Positions 13,701 to 28,700 of a DNA stretch of 64,000 nucleotides are shown here, in pieces. The DNA comes from Tubulanus polymorphus (Eukaryota > Animalia > Nemertea). The DNA lies in the NCBI RefSeq assembly GCF_964204645.1, contig NC_134026.1, forward strand, positions 10,687,950-10,751,949, written 5' to 3'. The notes under the pieces were generated by a model. The model was given only the letters and a program-made list of their open reading frames with translations, was not told the origin of the DNA and searched no databases. The stretch's first letter is position 1. Every line of letters starts with the position of its first letter. The translations under genes were made by a program, and so were the position numbers.

Positions 13701-16700
13701 GAAGTTTATCATTTCTAATCTAGCTGGCTATTGTATTCACTTTTCATCTGTCCATCTGGTTAGGGTTTGTAGTTGATTTACACGCCCTCAATGGAACAGC
13801 TTGATTTTTATATTCTTACTGAAGTACATGTACATGAATTAAGTATCATATCTATTATACCAACCTTTTTGAACACGCTTGGTCTAAAAATTGACCTACA
13901 CATGCACTTGTTGGCAAATATTGAATCGTTCACTGTCTTGATTGTAAATTTGATCGATAATAAACATTAATCACATAATACGTACCAGATGGATACGGGT
14001 GCCCGTCTATCAGTATTGAGCTCAGGGCTTATGGTTTTCTAGAATTAACACAGTTATATGAGCATCCTCTCCTGTTTCATTTGAGAAATGTTCACCAGCG
14101 CTTTGGGAGTATTCTTGATACTTTACTAAGTATGTGTGCTGTGTTTTAACATGTTCAGATTGCCAATTTTCAGAATCTTTAAATCCAAAGAGTTTGACAT
14201 AAATATATTTTGGTGTTCATGCACGTATCAGATAGAGGTGGCTATGAGAATATCAATCATTTCTTTGGAAACATCAAAAGAGGGTTCTGGTTGGACTCTT
14301 TTTGGTGTCAGCTAAGAATGTTTATCATGGAAACTTCATTTCTGGTTATATCACATATACCTTTTGCATACATTGTGTATTGTAGTGTGGTGGAACGACT
14401 CATGTATTGCGTTTGAATTGGTCACCGGACGGTCATTATTTGGTGTCCGCACATGCGATGAATAATTCTGGGCCTACCGCTCAAATCATTGAACGAGATG
14501 GCTGGAAGACTAATATGGACTTTGTTGGACACCGGAAAGCTATCACAGCTGTGGTATGTTAGATATTGATTATTACCATTAATTATGCTTGAAATTATTC
14601 TTCTAAATATCAATTTCCTTGGTGCAAGACTATCTGTGAGCACCAATACACCAATTATCTCCTTAAAATCCAATCTCCCTAAAATCCATTGATTCTCCAC
14701 TTCATACATATTTCTTTTCTTAGGTTCATTTAGCCTGATTCCATGCAGTTCTTTTTACGATTTTTAACTAAACTGTATTATTATACTTCTATCTTGTGGT
14801 AGTTGTATAAACTTAATTTAGATGTATTAGATGATTAAACTTTATTGAGATGTATTATTATATGGACCTTCGTGGTATGAAACAGATAGTTAAACGAATA
14901 AAGCATGAATATGCAGCTTAGTAAGAGATGTCTCGGTTGACATACTTATATCAATATAATATCAGATAATTGGAAACGCATTTAGTATGATAACTTCATA
15001 ATTGCCTTTAAGATTCGTACGAACAAGGTCCGACTAGAATTTGTTATGAACATGTAAGAATAGCTCATCAGCTCATCAGCTGTAGGAAGGGAAGGAATAC
15101 CTGGTTGGTACCCTACATACAGAATGATCAATACAGGTTTTCAATTCTTAAGGTGAACGAGGATTCATAATGGATGAAAACGCAGTTTGAGACCCCCAGA
15201 ATTTTAATTTTCCAAAATATGATTCAATGGGCTTATAATATAGGACTTTGCAAAAGTTGATTCAATCCTGAGTAAAAACTTGGAAACAGAACATCTTACC
15301 AGTCATGGGCCTAATGAATTCAAACCAATATTTATTCTTCATTCCAATGTGTCAGAAAGCCATAATTTTCAAATTTTTTGTTGGAGGACTCCCAGGACAC
15401 CTGGTTGAATCTGCGCGCATTTCGTGTGTACACTTCAAAAAGTTCCCCTTTCGTGAAAATCAACCTCCCCGAAAGAAAAAAAATGGGTCGGCTACAGGAT
15501 GATGGAGTTAGTTTTGTATATTAATACATTCGTTTTGATTTACAGAAATTCAATCCCAATATACTATCTAAAAAGATGAAGAAGGATGCTCCTGGGGTTT
15601 GTACGATTTTAAACTTTTTTTCTAATTATATAATTTTTCTTGGTAGTTTTTGCTAATGAATTCATTTTTGTTTTAGGCTCAGCAGTATTGTTGTTGTGCT
15701 ATTGGTAGTCGAGACAGATCTCTTTCAATATGGGTGCGTACTATGTTTTGAAAAACCACTGGAATAATACGCTTGCCAGCTGAAGTCAGTCCTGAGCAAG
15801 GATAACTTTATTGAGAGTATTTTGGACCCGTGAAATCATCCAATTAAATATGAGAATAACTGTCAGCGAGCTAGAAACAATAATGATTTATTCCTTTAAG
15901 TGCTTTCCTCCTTGGTTTGGAAAATTTTTTGGAAATTCTTTTATAATCTTGCAGGTAACCGCATTGAAACGTCCTTTAGTTGTTACTCACGATCTCTTCT
16001 CAAATTCAGTTTTGGATATATCTTGGTAAGAATAATGTTGCGCGAGCAATCTTCTCTTTTTCCTTAAATAATGCGTGCCCATCATTGAATGCATATCAAT
16101 TGTTTCAGGAGTCGCACGGGAATGGAGCTGCTTGCATGTTCTTGGGATGGGACGGTTGCGTTTATTCAGTTCAGTACTGGTGAAATTGGAAACCCTCTTT
16201 CACATGAAGAAAAGGTGAGGGCATCTTAGACCACATGCCCATTAGGGCTTTCAGTTTTGATTGATATTCAATTGAAGTCCATCGTTAGAGCTATTTATTG
16301 TTATGAGGACGCAGCATTGCCTCTTGGTTTTTCTTGATTCCAACAATTCGATAAACGTTGAGTCCACTTATTGGGTAAATCAATTAACATTGAAAAGTAC
16401 ACCCAGGAAGAAAGACACTCTAAATATTTGGATGGATATATGAAAGCTGTGGGTACTGGAGTGTGTAATGGGTAGTGTAGTGTGATCTGTGTGCATTTGT
16501 GGCCAGCACACAGATCACATTGTTCAATGGGGTTTGGTCCAGGACTCGCGAGATTTTCAACAACACAGAAGTAACGTGTAATAAATGATGACTTGAATTG
16601 CATGACTACCTACCACCCCTCATTATTGTTGGAAAACTAAACGTTCCGCACTGACTAAAAATTTGTAATAACATTTTAGAAATGGCCAGAATTGTAACTT

Positions 16701-19700
16701 AGGTTCTATCTCATTTTTATTTTACAATTGCGATTGGTATAACTTTTTTTTAAACGGCCGTTAAGGCTTCATGTTTCGTCTGCAATTCACTGCAAATAGT
16801 TACGCAACTACACAGATTTCAGTGTTTTTGGCAGCTGTACACTCAATCGGCACCGTTCGTGACTAGCTTCACTGCGGAATTATCATTAATTAACATCGCC
16901 ATATCACATCATATATTGTTATATTGTGCCTTAAAACCCTAACAGCCGAAATAATTGAAATGCACACATGATTTCTATCATTGAAAATTGAGAGAATGGC
17001 CATGTTTGTGTTTGCTGCTTCGCGTAAATCCCGCGCGGTGGCACAACCGCGCGGAGTGGGGCCGATACGTCAAGTAAGAAAAGTCATAATAAACGAACCA
17101 GCAGCCTCAATTTTTTAAGTCTCTCGTGGAATACCTCAATTTTTCAAGTCTCCCATCAAACGCCTCAATTGCACAGCCCATAGAAAAACTTTATCATGGT
17201 TACGTAACAGATGCACCAAAATATTTTGAATATTTAAATTGATAAATGCTTGCTAAGCTTTATTGAAAAAATTGAATTATGTTTATAAATAGATATAAGA
17301 AGATGAAACTATTTTATGCATGAAGGCCCACCAACCTCAGGCAAAAAATTGATTCAAGCAAACTGCCGACGATCGCTATCTAGCCGTAGGCTATAAAATT
17401 GTCAAACCTAAACTACATGTAGTTGATTATCACCCCTAATGCTCGGAAAATGTATGTGAGCACCTCAAAATATGAGACTTTTCTGGGGAAGTACCCCCAG
17501 GCCCTACTCCCGATAAGGGTTTGTGCCTTCACCGCTCGTTTTCTGAGGATACCCCTGGGAAATTTTGGAGAACACCAGCTGGGTGAATGATCTGGTGCAT
17601 TGTCCAATTACCTCCATTCGAAAAACCTGTTACTATTCTTCATACACAAATTGAAAAGCAAGTTAATGATAATTCTGTAAATGGTAAAAACTCGTTATCA
17701 TATGATCAGCTTTTTATTCGAACAATATTTCCTGAAAATTTCAGAATCATTTCTACCAGAAAGTGTATGGCAAAAGTATTGCAGCTGGTATTAACAGCCA
17801 GATGACGAAACAAATCATTGAAACACCAGCGATGCTGAATATACAACAACAAAAACAGCAACAACAACTACAAGAAATGAACAAACAACCTACCCTCACT
17901 AACGGGAACTCAAATTTGTCACCGACAAAGTCCAGAGAATCATTATCGGTAAGATGTTTCATAGTGCATTTGTCCATATTACTGTCTATTATGTAAAATA
18001 TAAAGGTAACTCGCAGATGAGTACTGTGAAGTGTTGGTACACTGTATATGACCCATTGATTATTTAGATTTCATTAGTTTTAGTTACTAATCCATGTTTC
18101 TGTTCTGGTTTCAGGGTAGCAGTAAACAGATAGAAACTAGAACTCCTGATGGCCGCAGGCGCATCACTCCTATATTCATTGCTCCTCAACCAGATTTCGG
18201 GTACAGTTTCCATTTCTATACATTATTTCTGTCTGTTTGAACTGTGAAAAAGAATCAATTGGTTATTATCTCAGTAAATCCATATTGATAATATTGTATT
18301 CATTTGATTACGTGTATTGCTTTCTAACTTCTGGAAGGGTCTCTAAACAGTAGTTACTGTTGTTTCAGTGATGCTCCGTTACCGTTCTCTGCAAATTCGG
18401 AGCCAACGTTCACTTCATCAAAAGAAACTAGTAAAATAGTCGTTGAAAAACAGAATGTCATAACCAGCCCGAATTCAAACAGTTTACCCGGCAAGTCTGA
18501 AACAACAAAACCGTCATTTCCAATGGAGGAAATCAAGGTTAGAAAATCAATGCAACTTCAAAATACTCATTTTGTGTTGTAACTCATTAATTAATGCTAA
18601 TCTAATGCTAATGTTACACTTACAGTTGACTGCTTTAGAAAGTAAAGTTGCAGAGAAAGCAAAACCTGCTTCTGCAGAGACCGGCTCAACTGCCAAGTAA
18701 GTTCAACATAGAAACTGTTCACTTGCTCTTTTATCACCCCAGGCGGAGCTGCATCTTATTTTAGTGCGCTATCCAACATCCAACGTCCTCCATGTGCCTT
18801 CCCCTTGAGACCTTTTTAGTATGAATCTGCCTGCAATTCGTCATCAATGATGGATTTCCCTGAAACTTAGTATGAGGATTGGCGCATTTGAGTTGTCCTA
18901 TCCTCTTGATAATGGATGTTATCCGCTCATCTCATATGGCCAACAGGGTCACCATCTTGAATTTCTTGTTAGCATGATACAAGCTTCAAATTCAAATGGA
19001 TTTTTCCAAAACCTTTGTGTGGAGATTGGAGAATGTTCAATCCGATTGAGAATGGAGATTATTAGCCATCTAATGTGGCCACCAGGGAGGCCATCTTTTC
19101 ACTAGTAAGAACAATTAATTCACTTAAGTAAACTTAGCTGTTTTCCCTGAAGTATGGTAAGTAGTATTTTATCGTCTACATGGAAAAAGTTCATGCATAA
19201 GTCAGATTGTTAAAATGAAAATTACAAAAATCCAACTTAGTTTGCTGCAGAAACGTGTCATCATGACACAAATTGGAATTGGAACATTTTGAATGTTTTG
19301 TCCAGGACCAGTGTTCTCCATTGCAAAAAAATTCGTAGGGGCGGTGAACTCAGAAAACGATGTCGGGAACGGAGGTCCGGGGGCCCTCCCCTGGAAAATT
19401 TTTAGGTGCTCAGATGCGTTTTCCCAGCATTTGGGGTCATAATCAACTAGTTTAAGTTCAGTAATTTTTATAGCCTTTGGCTAGAAAGCGATCGTCGGCA
19501 GTTTGCTTGAAGCACTTTTCTTATGGAGATTGGTAGTCCTACGTGCATAAAATAGTTCAATGTTCTTCCATTCCTAGCATTTATTTATTTCCATTTGGTA
19601 ACCTAATGTTTGAAAAATATTTTGGTAATCATAATTAAAGTTTTTCTACGGGCATTGAGACTTGAAAAATTGAGGCCACTGGTTTCATTAATTCAGCGGC

Positions 19701-22700
19701 TGAGTGCAGCAGTGTTTAACTGGGTGTGAGCTTCACGCGCATTGACTTTTAGATTCAGCGCAGCTGAATCTATTAGTATAAAATGGAGTGCTGAATTCGT
19801 GTTGACCGCTATCTCCTCTGAGTGTGAAATGATTCAAGAGCTAAGGTCTGCATTAAGTTGGCTGTTATAATGGCAGTTAAGTGGCAACTGCTTTTGAAGA
19901 CTATTGATGAAGCCTAAATTGGGTAAATTGGCAATTTTATGCCATTTTTGGGGATTTTAGGGATGTAGTGTGACGTCATCTTGATCTACTAACGTAAACA
20001 ACACGATCAGAATTGTACAACATTTGCTATCGAATTTACAAGTAGGCTTTTTATATATTACTGATACAACATATAAGATTCTTCAATGAGAAAACTACAA
20101 AAGAAGAAATAAAATTGATAATGATTTAACATTTACTGTGCTGAAAATTGCATGTCGATGGGCGGCGTAGTTTGCAGTACTTACTGTGGAGCTGTGATGA
20201 TAGCGCCCTCGTTTTAGTAACACGTGAAGCTCGCCAAAATCGACGAAGCCGTTTATCTTTAGATAAAGGATATTCTGTTAATAGAAAAAGATTTGTTTGA
20301 AAATATTTGAACTAAAATTAATTATGCATACACTCGCGATTATCTTGACGAAAAAATCGTTTGTATCGATATGCAGATGAATTTTAAACAATTCTAATTC
20401 GCATTAAAACACCATACAGGTCGACCAATATTGTGTAGTATATAGTTGAATTCGAACAGTTGGCAGCTGTGGTTTTTAAATTCTTTTAATCTGTAAATAG
20501 TGGGATTTTATCTTATCATATGTACATGTCGTACTGATCTACTGTAGTTTGAGAATAGATAGAGAATTCATTAGAATGTTGAACTTGTTACTAACACGAC
20601 CACACAATAAGAATCTTTTTAGTTGTAAAATGTTATAAACTTTATCGGTTCATTTCTAAAACTGCCAGCCGGGTCTGATATAGAAAAATATCATTGATCA
20701 TGGTTTAGAAAAGTAGTGTACAGGGTAGATAGATGGCCGGCTGTTTCAACTTTAAAGCTCAGCAATGAGTGGAGAGACAAGGTATCAATTTTTTAACCTT
20801 AGGTCTTGGCTTTGAATCCTGAAAATCCGGACAGAGTTTGTATGGAACTTAGAATACTTTCTCATACAACTACCGATACAACAAGATTTGATTTCAGCTT
20901 CAACAAAAATATAAATATGACATCTGAGATGCTTTCGATTTAACGAAACCTTATAATTTATTAGGAGGCTTATTATTTATAATGATTATATGTATTTCAT
21001 TTCAAAATCTATTAGGCCTACTCAAAATGGGTTATGTATTTTCCTTCTCTTCCTTGTATAAACAACCGTTTGTCATTTAAGATCTAATTACCTTATACTT
21101 TTATAACATGCATTTCCTTTTATGTCAAGTATAAGCTGATAGAGCACCTTACTAAACCAATGTATGGTCTAGTATGGTGGATATGATTAACTCCTTCAAA
21201 TCACTAACTTCAGCGCTGAACCTAACAGTGCCCATGGGCACCTTGTTTTAATTTTTAACATGCCGGGAAATCCCAGGATATTTACAGGCCTACCTGAGTG
21301 GCGCCGGGTGGCTCTGTGCATGAGCCGTTTCTACAATTATCGACCTATGTAATAAGTTTTTATGGCATGAAGCGTTTGTCTGACTCACTATTTATACAAT
21401 TATTGACATACTGGTAATGTTTGTTTGTGTGTAGGAGAGAATAATCGCTGGTGCCCCTTTAGAACCCCTTATGGAGAACACTGCAGGCCACATATTAATC
21501 TTAGTCTCTTGGCTCCTTGGCAAGTGAAGCCTACTATGTATTGTTAAATACCTGCTGCAGCGTTACACTATTTAAGAGGTTTGAATTTATTGCAGAATTG
21601 GAGATGTCGAGAAGGAGAACGACACTGTTGTCGCTGTTCAAAAACCACGAGAAAAATCAACTGGTACAATTGAGAAGACTAGTAAACGAAAACTTGATAC
21701 AATTATGCCCCATTCAAAACGCCATCGAAAAGAAAAAGATATCATTCCGACTTCTACGCCTATTATACCAGTTACACCAGTAAATATTGCAATATGTTCC
21801 TTTTGAATATGCTAAGACTGGCTGGACACTTAGAAGTATACACTAATTTTGTGTTAGGTACGCGCTAAAACATGGAGAGGTCACTGAGGGTTAAACTTGG
21901 TCATTCGCCATAGGTTTCTTTGGATGAAGGATCACACATATAAGATATGTACGCATACATGGATATATGTACGCATACATGGATATGTACACAAACATGC
22001 TTGTGTATGTCATCACTTTTCATGTTTTAAGTGTGTTTTACATCGTGAAACCCCTTTATTTCTATGCTCCAGGCCCACTGACAGTCAATAAGCTTTAATG
22101 TAATAAACGGAATCTCCCCGACTCGGACTTGGCATGTCCATAATACTGAAAAGCATATTGTATACTTCTTTGTGTAACCTGCCTTCGAGATACCAGTCAC
22201 CATATGATTTAAAAAATTTTTTCTTCAGAATATTGGTATTTCATCTGTCAATTATCCATCTAGTCCGGGAATAAATCTTCCATGTCTCTCTATAGATAAA
22301 TCACAAAGGTTTCACGTGAGTATTTCATAGTTACAGGACATGATTTATCATAATTCTAGGATATGATTTAGCCTTGATATACCAGGGCAGTATGAGAGAG
22401 CCTCTCAGGGTATATAGTCAATTAATTGCGCTAGTTGGGTCCAATAGTTGTGGTGGATAACTGAACATCATTTAATTGACAATGAACTAAACATTTGAAA
22501 CTTGGGATTCAAAATTTGGTGGAAAAATTGGATAGGCAGATAAGTGATTGATTCGTTAATACGTATCTCGTTGGCAAAAGTGAAATTCTATTGAATAGGT
22601 TTCATATTATCCAAATCTTGATTGATATGAGAATATTAGGGCATCCCAAAAAAATTAATTTGTCTATTTGCCGTAACCCAACCGACCCGACTTCAAAGGT

Positions 22701-25700
22701 ACAGAGTGAAAACTTTTTTCTGGGATTCATTGAAATAAATTTTATATTTGATAAAAACAGCCAACCGAATGACCCACTGCCCTTGTATGCGCTACATATG
22801 TTTGTAATCAAGTGCATCGTGAGAAAAAGTGCCTCAAAGTGTGGCCTAGGTTAAGTTTTCTAGGAAACTGGCAGTGTTTCAATAAGTTGTGGATCATTCT
22901 AGTGAAAAATCCATGTAAGAAAAGATGATGAAATTGTATTTCCGTCGAGTACTGTACCCTTTCCTATGGTTTTTGCCAATATTTTCGAAATTTGGATTGA
23001 TCGCCAATGGTTTTTCTATACGATTGCATTTGATTTTTTGCGAAAAAAAAGGGATTTAGGAAGTTAAGGGAGTTGTCACTGTCATAACGGTGAGTCCGTT
23101 CGGTTTGGGGGCTATCCCTTGTTTCATTTTATTCGGTCAATCACCGATCGCTGGTCGATCGCCGGTTCAGCCGGTTCAGACAACAGGATCTGAATCGAGT
23201 GAGCGCGGCCGTGGTAGTCGAGATACCGACACAAGCCGGCCGGCACCGGTCAGGTTTGGGCACCGGTCCGGTCCAGACGTCACCCGGTTCTGAACTTGAT
23301 GCTGCCTGGATCCTTATTATACTTCGATCAGCCTGGATACTGGTTCAGCACAGTCGAGTATTAGTTTGCATTAGTCCGGTTTGGTGGCCATGACGTCAAT
23401 TCTGGACAATCTTACCGGGGTTGGTTCGTTTCAGGATATGGCACTTAAGGTGTTGACAGGCGAGCTTCGCGAAATTCGCCGCCGTCCATGGGTGCTCCGA
23501 CCCTGAGTCAGTTGTCTTAAAACTAGATGGAATGAACCGTATTATCCAATCTTTGACTCGGTCCGTTTCACATGTCATTCCGTTGTCAGTTCGGGGTCAG
23601 GCTAATCTTGGTTTAGCCTCCTGTCAGTCAGTTATGGACTCCAGTTCCAAAGCTCGTCTACCAGATATGGTGTCCAATTCATTACTGAGAGCTCCATTGG
23701 GGATGTCTTTGCGTCTCTTCTCCGGTTGGTGCACTCCTGTTTCCAACGAGCTGAGGAAGATTCGGGAGGTCCAGACCAAGTCCACCATCCGAACTCTGGG
23801 AAAAAGCGTTCTGGTCTGGCACCGGCGGCGCGAGGTTCGACACAGACTCAAACAGGACCAACTCAAACTTCAGCGCTTTCTCAGGCGGCTACAGATGCCG
23901 TTTGGAGAACTAGCCCACAGCTCCAATAATCGTGTCAAGCCTCGTCCGGTCATAACAGTTCCAGTTCGTATTGGGGCATGGGGGAGGCTCCAAAAAGGGA
24001 AAAACTCGAAATGAATTCTCGGGACCAGTGGGAGGTTGTCTGCAACAGGCAGCCACCCACTGGTCCGACCTTTTCGGAGACGGTTTGCCCTCTCGGGTCG
24101 TCTCATGTGGTTACCCTCTCCGTTTCCTAAAGCGACCGCGCCTGACGAAGTCACCTCCCGACATGCAGCCAAAACCAGGTCAGGAGGCCTTAATCTCTCC
24201 GGCTATCAAGGAATTGGCCGAGAAGGTCGCAATAGAACCAGTTTGCAATGAAACTTCTCCCGGCTGGTTTTCTTGGATATTCATGGTACCAATAGCTACA
24301 GGGGGTCAACGGACGGGGATAGATCAGTCATCCCTCAATCGGCACCTAGACATGCCAAGGTTCCAGATGACCAAACCCAAGGACGTGATTCAAGGGCTCC
24401 GTCCGGGTCAATAGGCAGCTTCATTGGACCTGAAAGATGCTTATTTTCAGGTTTCCAATTCACCCAAAATCTCAGCGATTTGATTCCTGTACCTCCAACC
24501 GATCTAGATCCAGATCCAGACCAAGGGTGGGGGCGCATCTGGAGAACCAAGTCAATGCCAGGAGGTGGTCTCGCCACGAGGCCACCAACCACATAAATTT
24601 CCTGGAAATGCTGGCCGTGTGGAAGGCCCTGAAGTTCTTTCACAGAAGAGTGGAGGGCCATCACGTTTGGTTAGCCACGGACAATTCAACAGTGAGGGCT
24701 TACCTTCAGAATCAAGGGGGCACTCACTCAAAAACCCTCACGGATCTGTCAGCCAAAATTCTTCTTTGGTGCCAGGCAAAGCGCGTTTCCCTGACTGTGG
24801 CACATTTAGCAGGGAAAAGGAACATGATGGCTGATGCTCTTTCTCGTTGAGGTCAGGCTATTGGGTTCTCCACCAAGCAGTAGCCAATCGGGTTCGAGAC
24901 ATGTTCGGCAATCCGCTGCTGGATCTGTTTGCTTCCAGGTTCAATCGGAGGTGTCCACTGTTTGTTTCTCCATTTCCAGACATGGAAGCGTGGGGGGTCG
25001 ACCCCTTCCCTCTAGATTGGTCGGGGATGCATACGTATGTGTTCCCGCCCAGTCCTCCCACATTTGCTGGATCAAATGGAGAGATCAGTCAATTGCAACA
25101 TGGTTCTTTCTGGTAGCACCATGTTGGGCGGCCCAGAAAGTGTTCCTACCACTTCTCAACCTTCTGTGCTACAACCCCAGGATTCTATCGAATTTCCCAT
25201 CGATTTGGTCTCAGGGGAACTTTCGGCATCATCTGAACAGCCAGTGGTTAAATCTGCTCGTTGGCCATTGTCCAGCGATCCTTGTCAGCTTCAGGTTTTC
25301 GGAACAGGCTGCCTCCTTTATTGCAGGATCTAAGTGGCCATCGACAAGTACCATTTACAACGCCAAATGGGGTCATTTTGCTGGTTATAACTATCAAAGG
25401 TTACCGCTCCGCGATTTTCCATACATTGCGTGCTTCTGGACGGCCAAAAGTAGCAGCGGATCATCGGATATCCCAGCTAGTTGCAGGGTTTTCTGTTTCC
25501 CGGTCTCGGCTACCGAGGATAGTTCCCCCATGGGATCTGTCAGTAATTTCGAAGAAGTGAATGGAGGCTCCATTTGAACCTCTTCCCGCAGTGTCATTTG
25601 CGAATTTGTAAAAAAAGACTTATCTTGCTGTTCTTGGCTTGCTCGGCCCGTCGTTCTGAGATTCGTGCACTTTCAGTTCAACGAGGTCATATTGTCTTCG

Positions 25701-28700
25701 GGCCAGCGAAGGAATTTGTTTCGCTGCGGCCTGCTTTGGAGTTTTTTGCAAAGAACCAATGGCCAGGCTCGGTCGGTCGTCAATGGCCAATTGAAGCCCT
25801 AAAACATCGAGTGGAACTGGGTCTTCCGGACAGGACATTATGTCCTGAACTGGCGTTGTGTTTCTATTTAGATCACTCTGCTCCACGAAGGGGTACGCGG
25901 GAGCGGTTCTTTATTCCGTCGTTGGATCACCTGAAGGGTAATATTTCTCGGGACACATTGGCCCGATGGGTCTCTTCACTGATCAAGGACATTTTATTGA
26001 AAGAGAATCTTTCCTCGGAGGGAGTTGTTTCTCATCAAGTGAGGTCTATGGCTACTTCTTGTGCAGCCTTTTCAGGTGCTCCGTTGGAAGGAGTCTGTTG
26101 GGCCGCCTTTCGGAATTTCCCATCGACATTCACGTCCTTTTATTTACGGCATGTGTTCAGTTAGGCTCATTAGCATCGCTCGGTCCTGTTGTCATGGCTC
26201 AAGGTGTCTGTTCTTTTGGATCGGACTCTTTAGCCCAGATTTTTTATCTTAGCATTATCAGGATCACGAGGGGTGTATCCATGTACATAGTTTGAGCTCA
26301 TGTTCACAAGTAATAATTTTGCGAAATTCAGGTGGGGGCCTCGAGCTGGACGGACTCACTGTGGCCAACAGGTCTTCCCTGTAATACAGTGCTCCATTCC
26401 GTGCTCGGGTAAGTGTTCTCTTTTTTCCCTCTTACCTTGCGTTTGAGCGGTGGTTTTTCTATCTACCTTTCCCACCATCCTTGTGCTAGGCTAGTCTAGC
26501 AAAAACCATAAGAAAGGGTACAGTACTCGACGGAAATATTACAATTTTTGGACCTAAAATTTGTATTTCCACCTTCCTACCGACTCACCCTGAAAACTTG
26601 AGTCGCTGTTCAGCAAATTAATTGGGATGGCCACAGCTGGGACATGCTGGAAATCATCGTAATAAACAGGCTTCGTCTTATACAGAATCATATTAACCCT
26701 TAACCTGCCAGCAGCTTTATTGTTAAGTCCTGTGTGTGCCAAATGATTTGCGTGTTAATTAAATTAACTCATTGAATCCTCATAACTTCCAAACTATTGT
26801 ATATAGGGCATTGAAACTTCACAAGTTGTAGTTTATAGTCATAGCCACGGAATAGTGCTGAAGGATTAAATTTCAGATTTTTAATAGATTTTTGAAAGAA
26901 GGTGGTCCACTAGGTGGGGTCATTTTGGGGGCCAGCGCAAAAAGACCCCTTAGAAAGGCAGAATACTCACAATTTCATTTTACATTGTCGATATTCATAA
27001 ATAAAGACACTGTAGATTACTATATCCATCGTTAAAACCTTTATTATGCTTCTTATTACAATCTAAATGTTTTTGAATCTTCATCAAAATCCCAATTACA
27101 TTAAAATCGGAACTATCAAATTTATTACAGTGGTTAAGAGCCAATAGATTATCTGTAAATATAGATAAAACTCAGTATATGGTATTTGGCAATAGGGACC
27201 ACCTAGGACTTAATATCTTTCTTGGAGATAAAATCATTAATCGTGTTGATAGTGCGAAATTTTTAGTTGTAATTTTTGATTGTAATTTAACATGGAAAGA
27301 TCATATATCGTCTGTCTGTAAAAAGGTTTCTCGGGGGATTGGAATAATCAATAGACTCAAAAACTTCCTGCCAAATCGATAATCTCAAAAATCTCTATCA
27401 TTGTTTTGTCCACTCGCATTTGCAATATGCAAATCTTGTTTGGGGTAACGCCTACAATCTTTATTTATACTACAAAAAAGGGCCCTTAGAACCATTACTC
27501 AATCCTATTGGCTTGAACACACCTCTCCAATATTTTGCAAACTACATATTTTAAAACTGGAAGATATCGACAAATTCCAAATTGGTTATTTTGTCTTCCA
27601 ACAGGTTAGCCATCTCCTACCTGAAATTTTCAATCATTTCTTTAACTTCAGAAACAACATTTATAGATGTAGGCCGACTCGCAGGCCGCGGGACCTACAT
27701 ATAGCATTTGCTAACTCCAATTACAAATACAAGTCTGTCAAAATCCAAGGGGCCTAATTCTGGAACAGTTTAAGCACAACCCTCAAATGCCCTCAATCTC
27801 CATCAGCTTTTAAAAATAGTCCTTAGTTCTTATTTCCTTAGTTCTAAATATTGATTGATACCCTTTGCGTGGTACTTGCTTGTTCTTCCATTTTGAATAT
27901 ATGTATGTATCCTAATGTTTGGTAACATGTGCACATGAGAGTGAATGAGGGTGTGCATGTTGGAGTGAATGGACGAGGGGTTAGGACTAGTTTAAGCCAA
28001 CTTTGGCTTTTCCTTATTCCTCGCATAATCTATTGCTGCAATGATTGATTGTTATAATATTTTCATACTGTATCGTATTGTATAATTACATATCTTTGTA
28101 TCAATCTATTATGCAAAATAAACTTAACTTAACTTAAAACATCAAATTAGAAAAAAAAAATATCAAAAGTTTTGATGTCAAAATTCTTCACAATATCAAA
28201 ATTAGAAATTACTTCCGGGTTTGGATTCTTGAGTATCGGCAGTTGCCGTGCGTTAAGAACTACGGCTCAACGCATTGCGAGGCTCTTGTGACATAAAAAC
28301 AAACTTTAAATGCGAGAAAGGTCGGGCTGTCAACTAAAGTCGCCTACGGCAGTTCCCCAGTTTGTCGACTGCAGTCGCCTATGGCAAGGCAAGTTAAGGG
28401 TTAAGGGGGTTCAACTGTGCTATTGTTGCATTCCCTAGCCTAGTTCACTAACTGAGTTGAATCAAATCATGGAAAAGAAGTGACATTGAAGCAGGTACAC
28501 AGCATCAGGAATGTATCGGACCAGGTAGCCAAATGCTTCTTGGTGCGGAGAGGCAATGAAATAAATCTGTGACAGGGATATAAATGTGGGCCCCAATGGC
28601 CAGCACTGCACCCCCGGTTAAGCGGTTTTGACATTTCATAGTTGTTTCTTACAGATAAGTGGTATTGCTGGAACTGAAAGCGAAGTTTCAATACAAATTG

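Noticed and set aside
21940-21990. Short tandem repeat (gatatgtacgcatacatg)
   Set aside because: Ordinary minisatellite of 2-3 units.
21780-28654. Apparent loss of a HIRA exon next to the deleted DIRS
   Set aside because: The exon was found at 22229..22315 with consensus splice sites and the correct phase.
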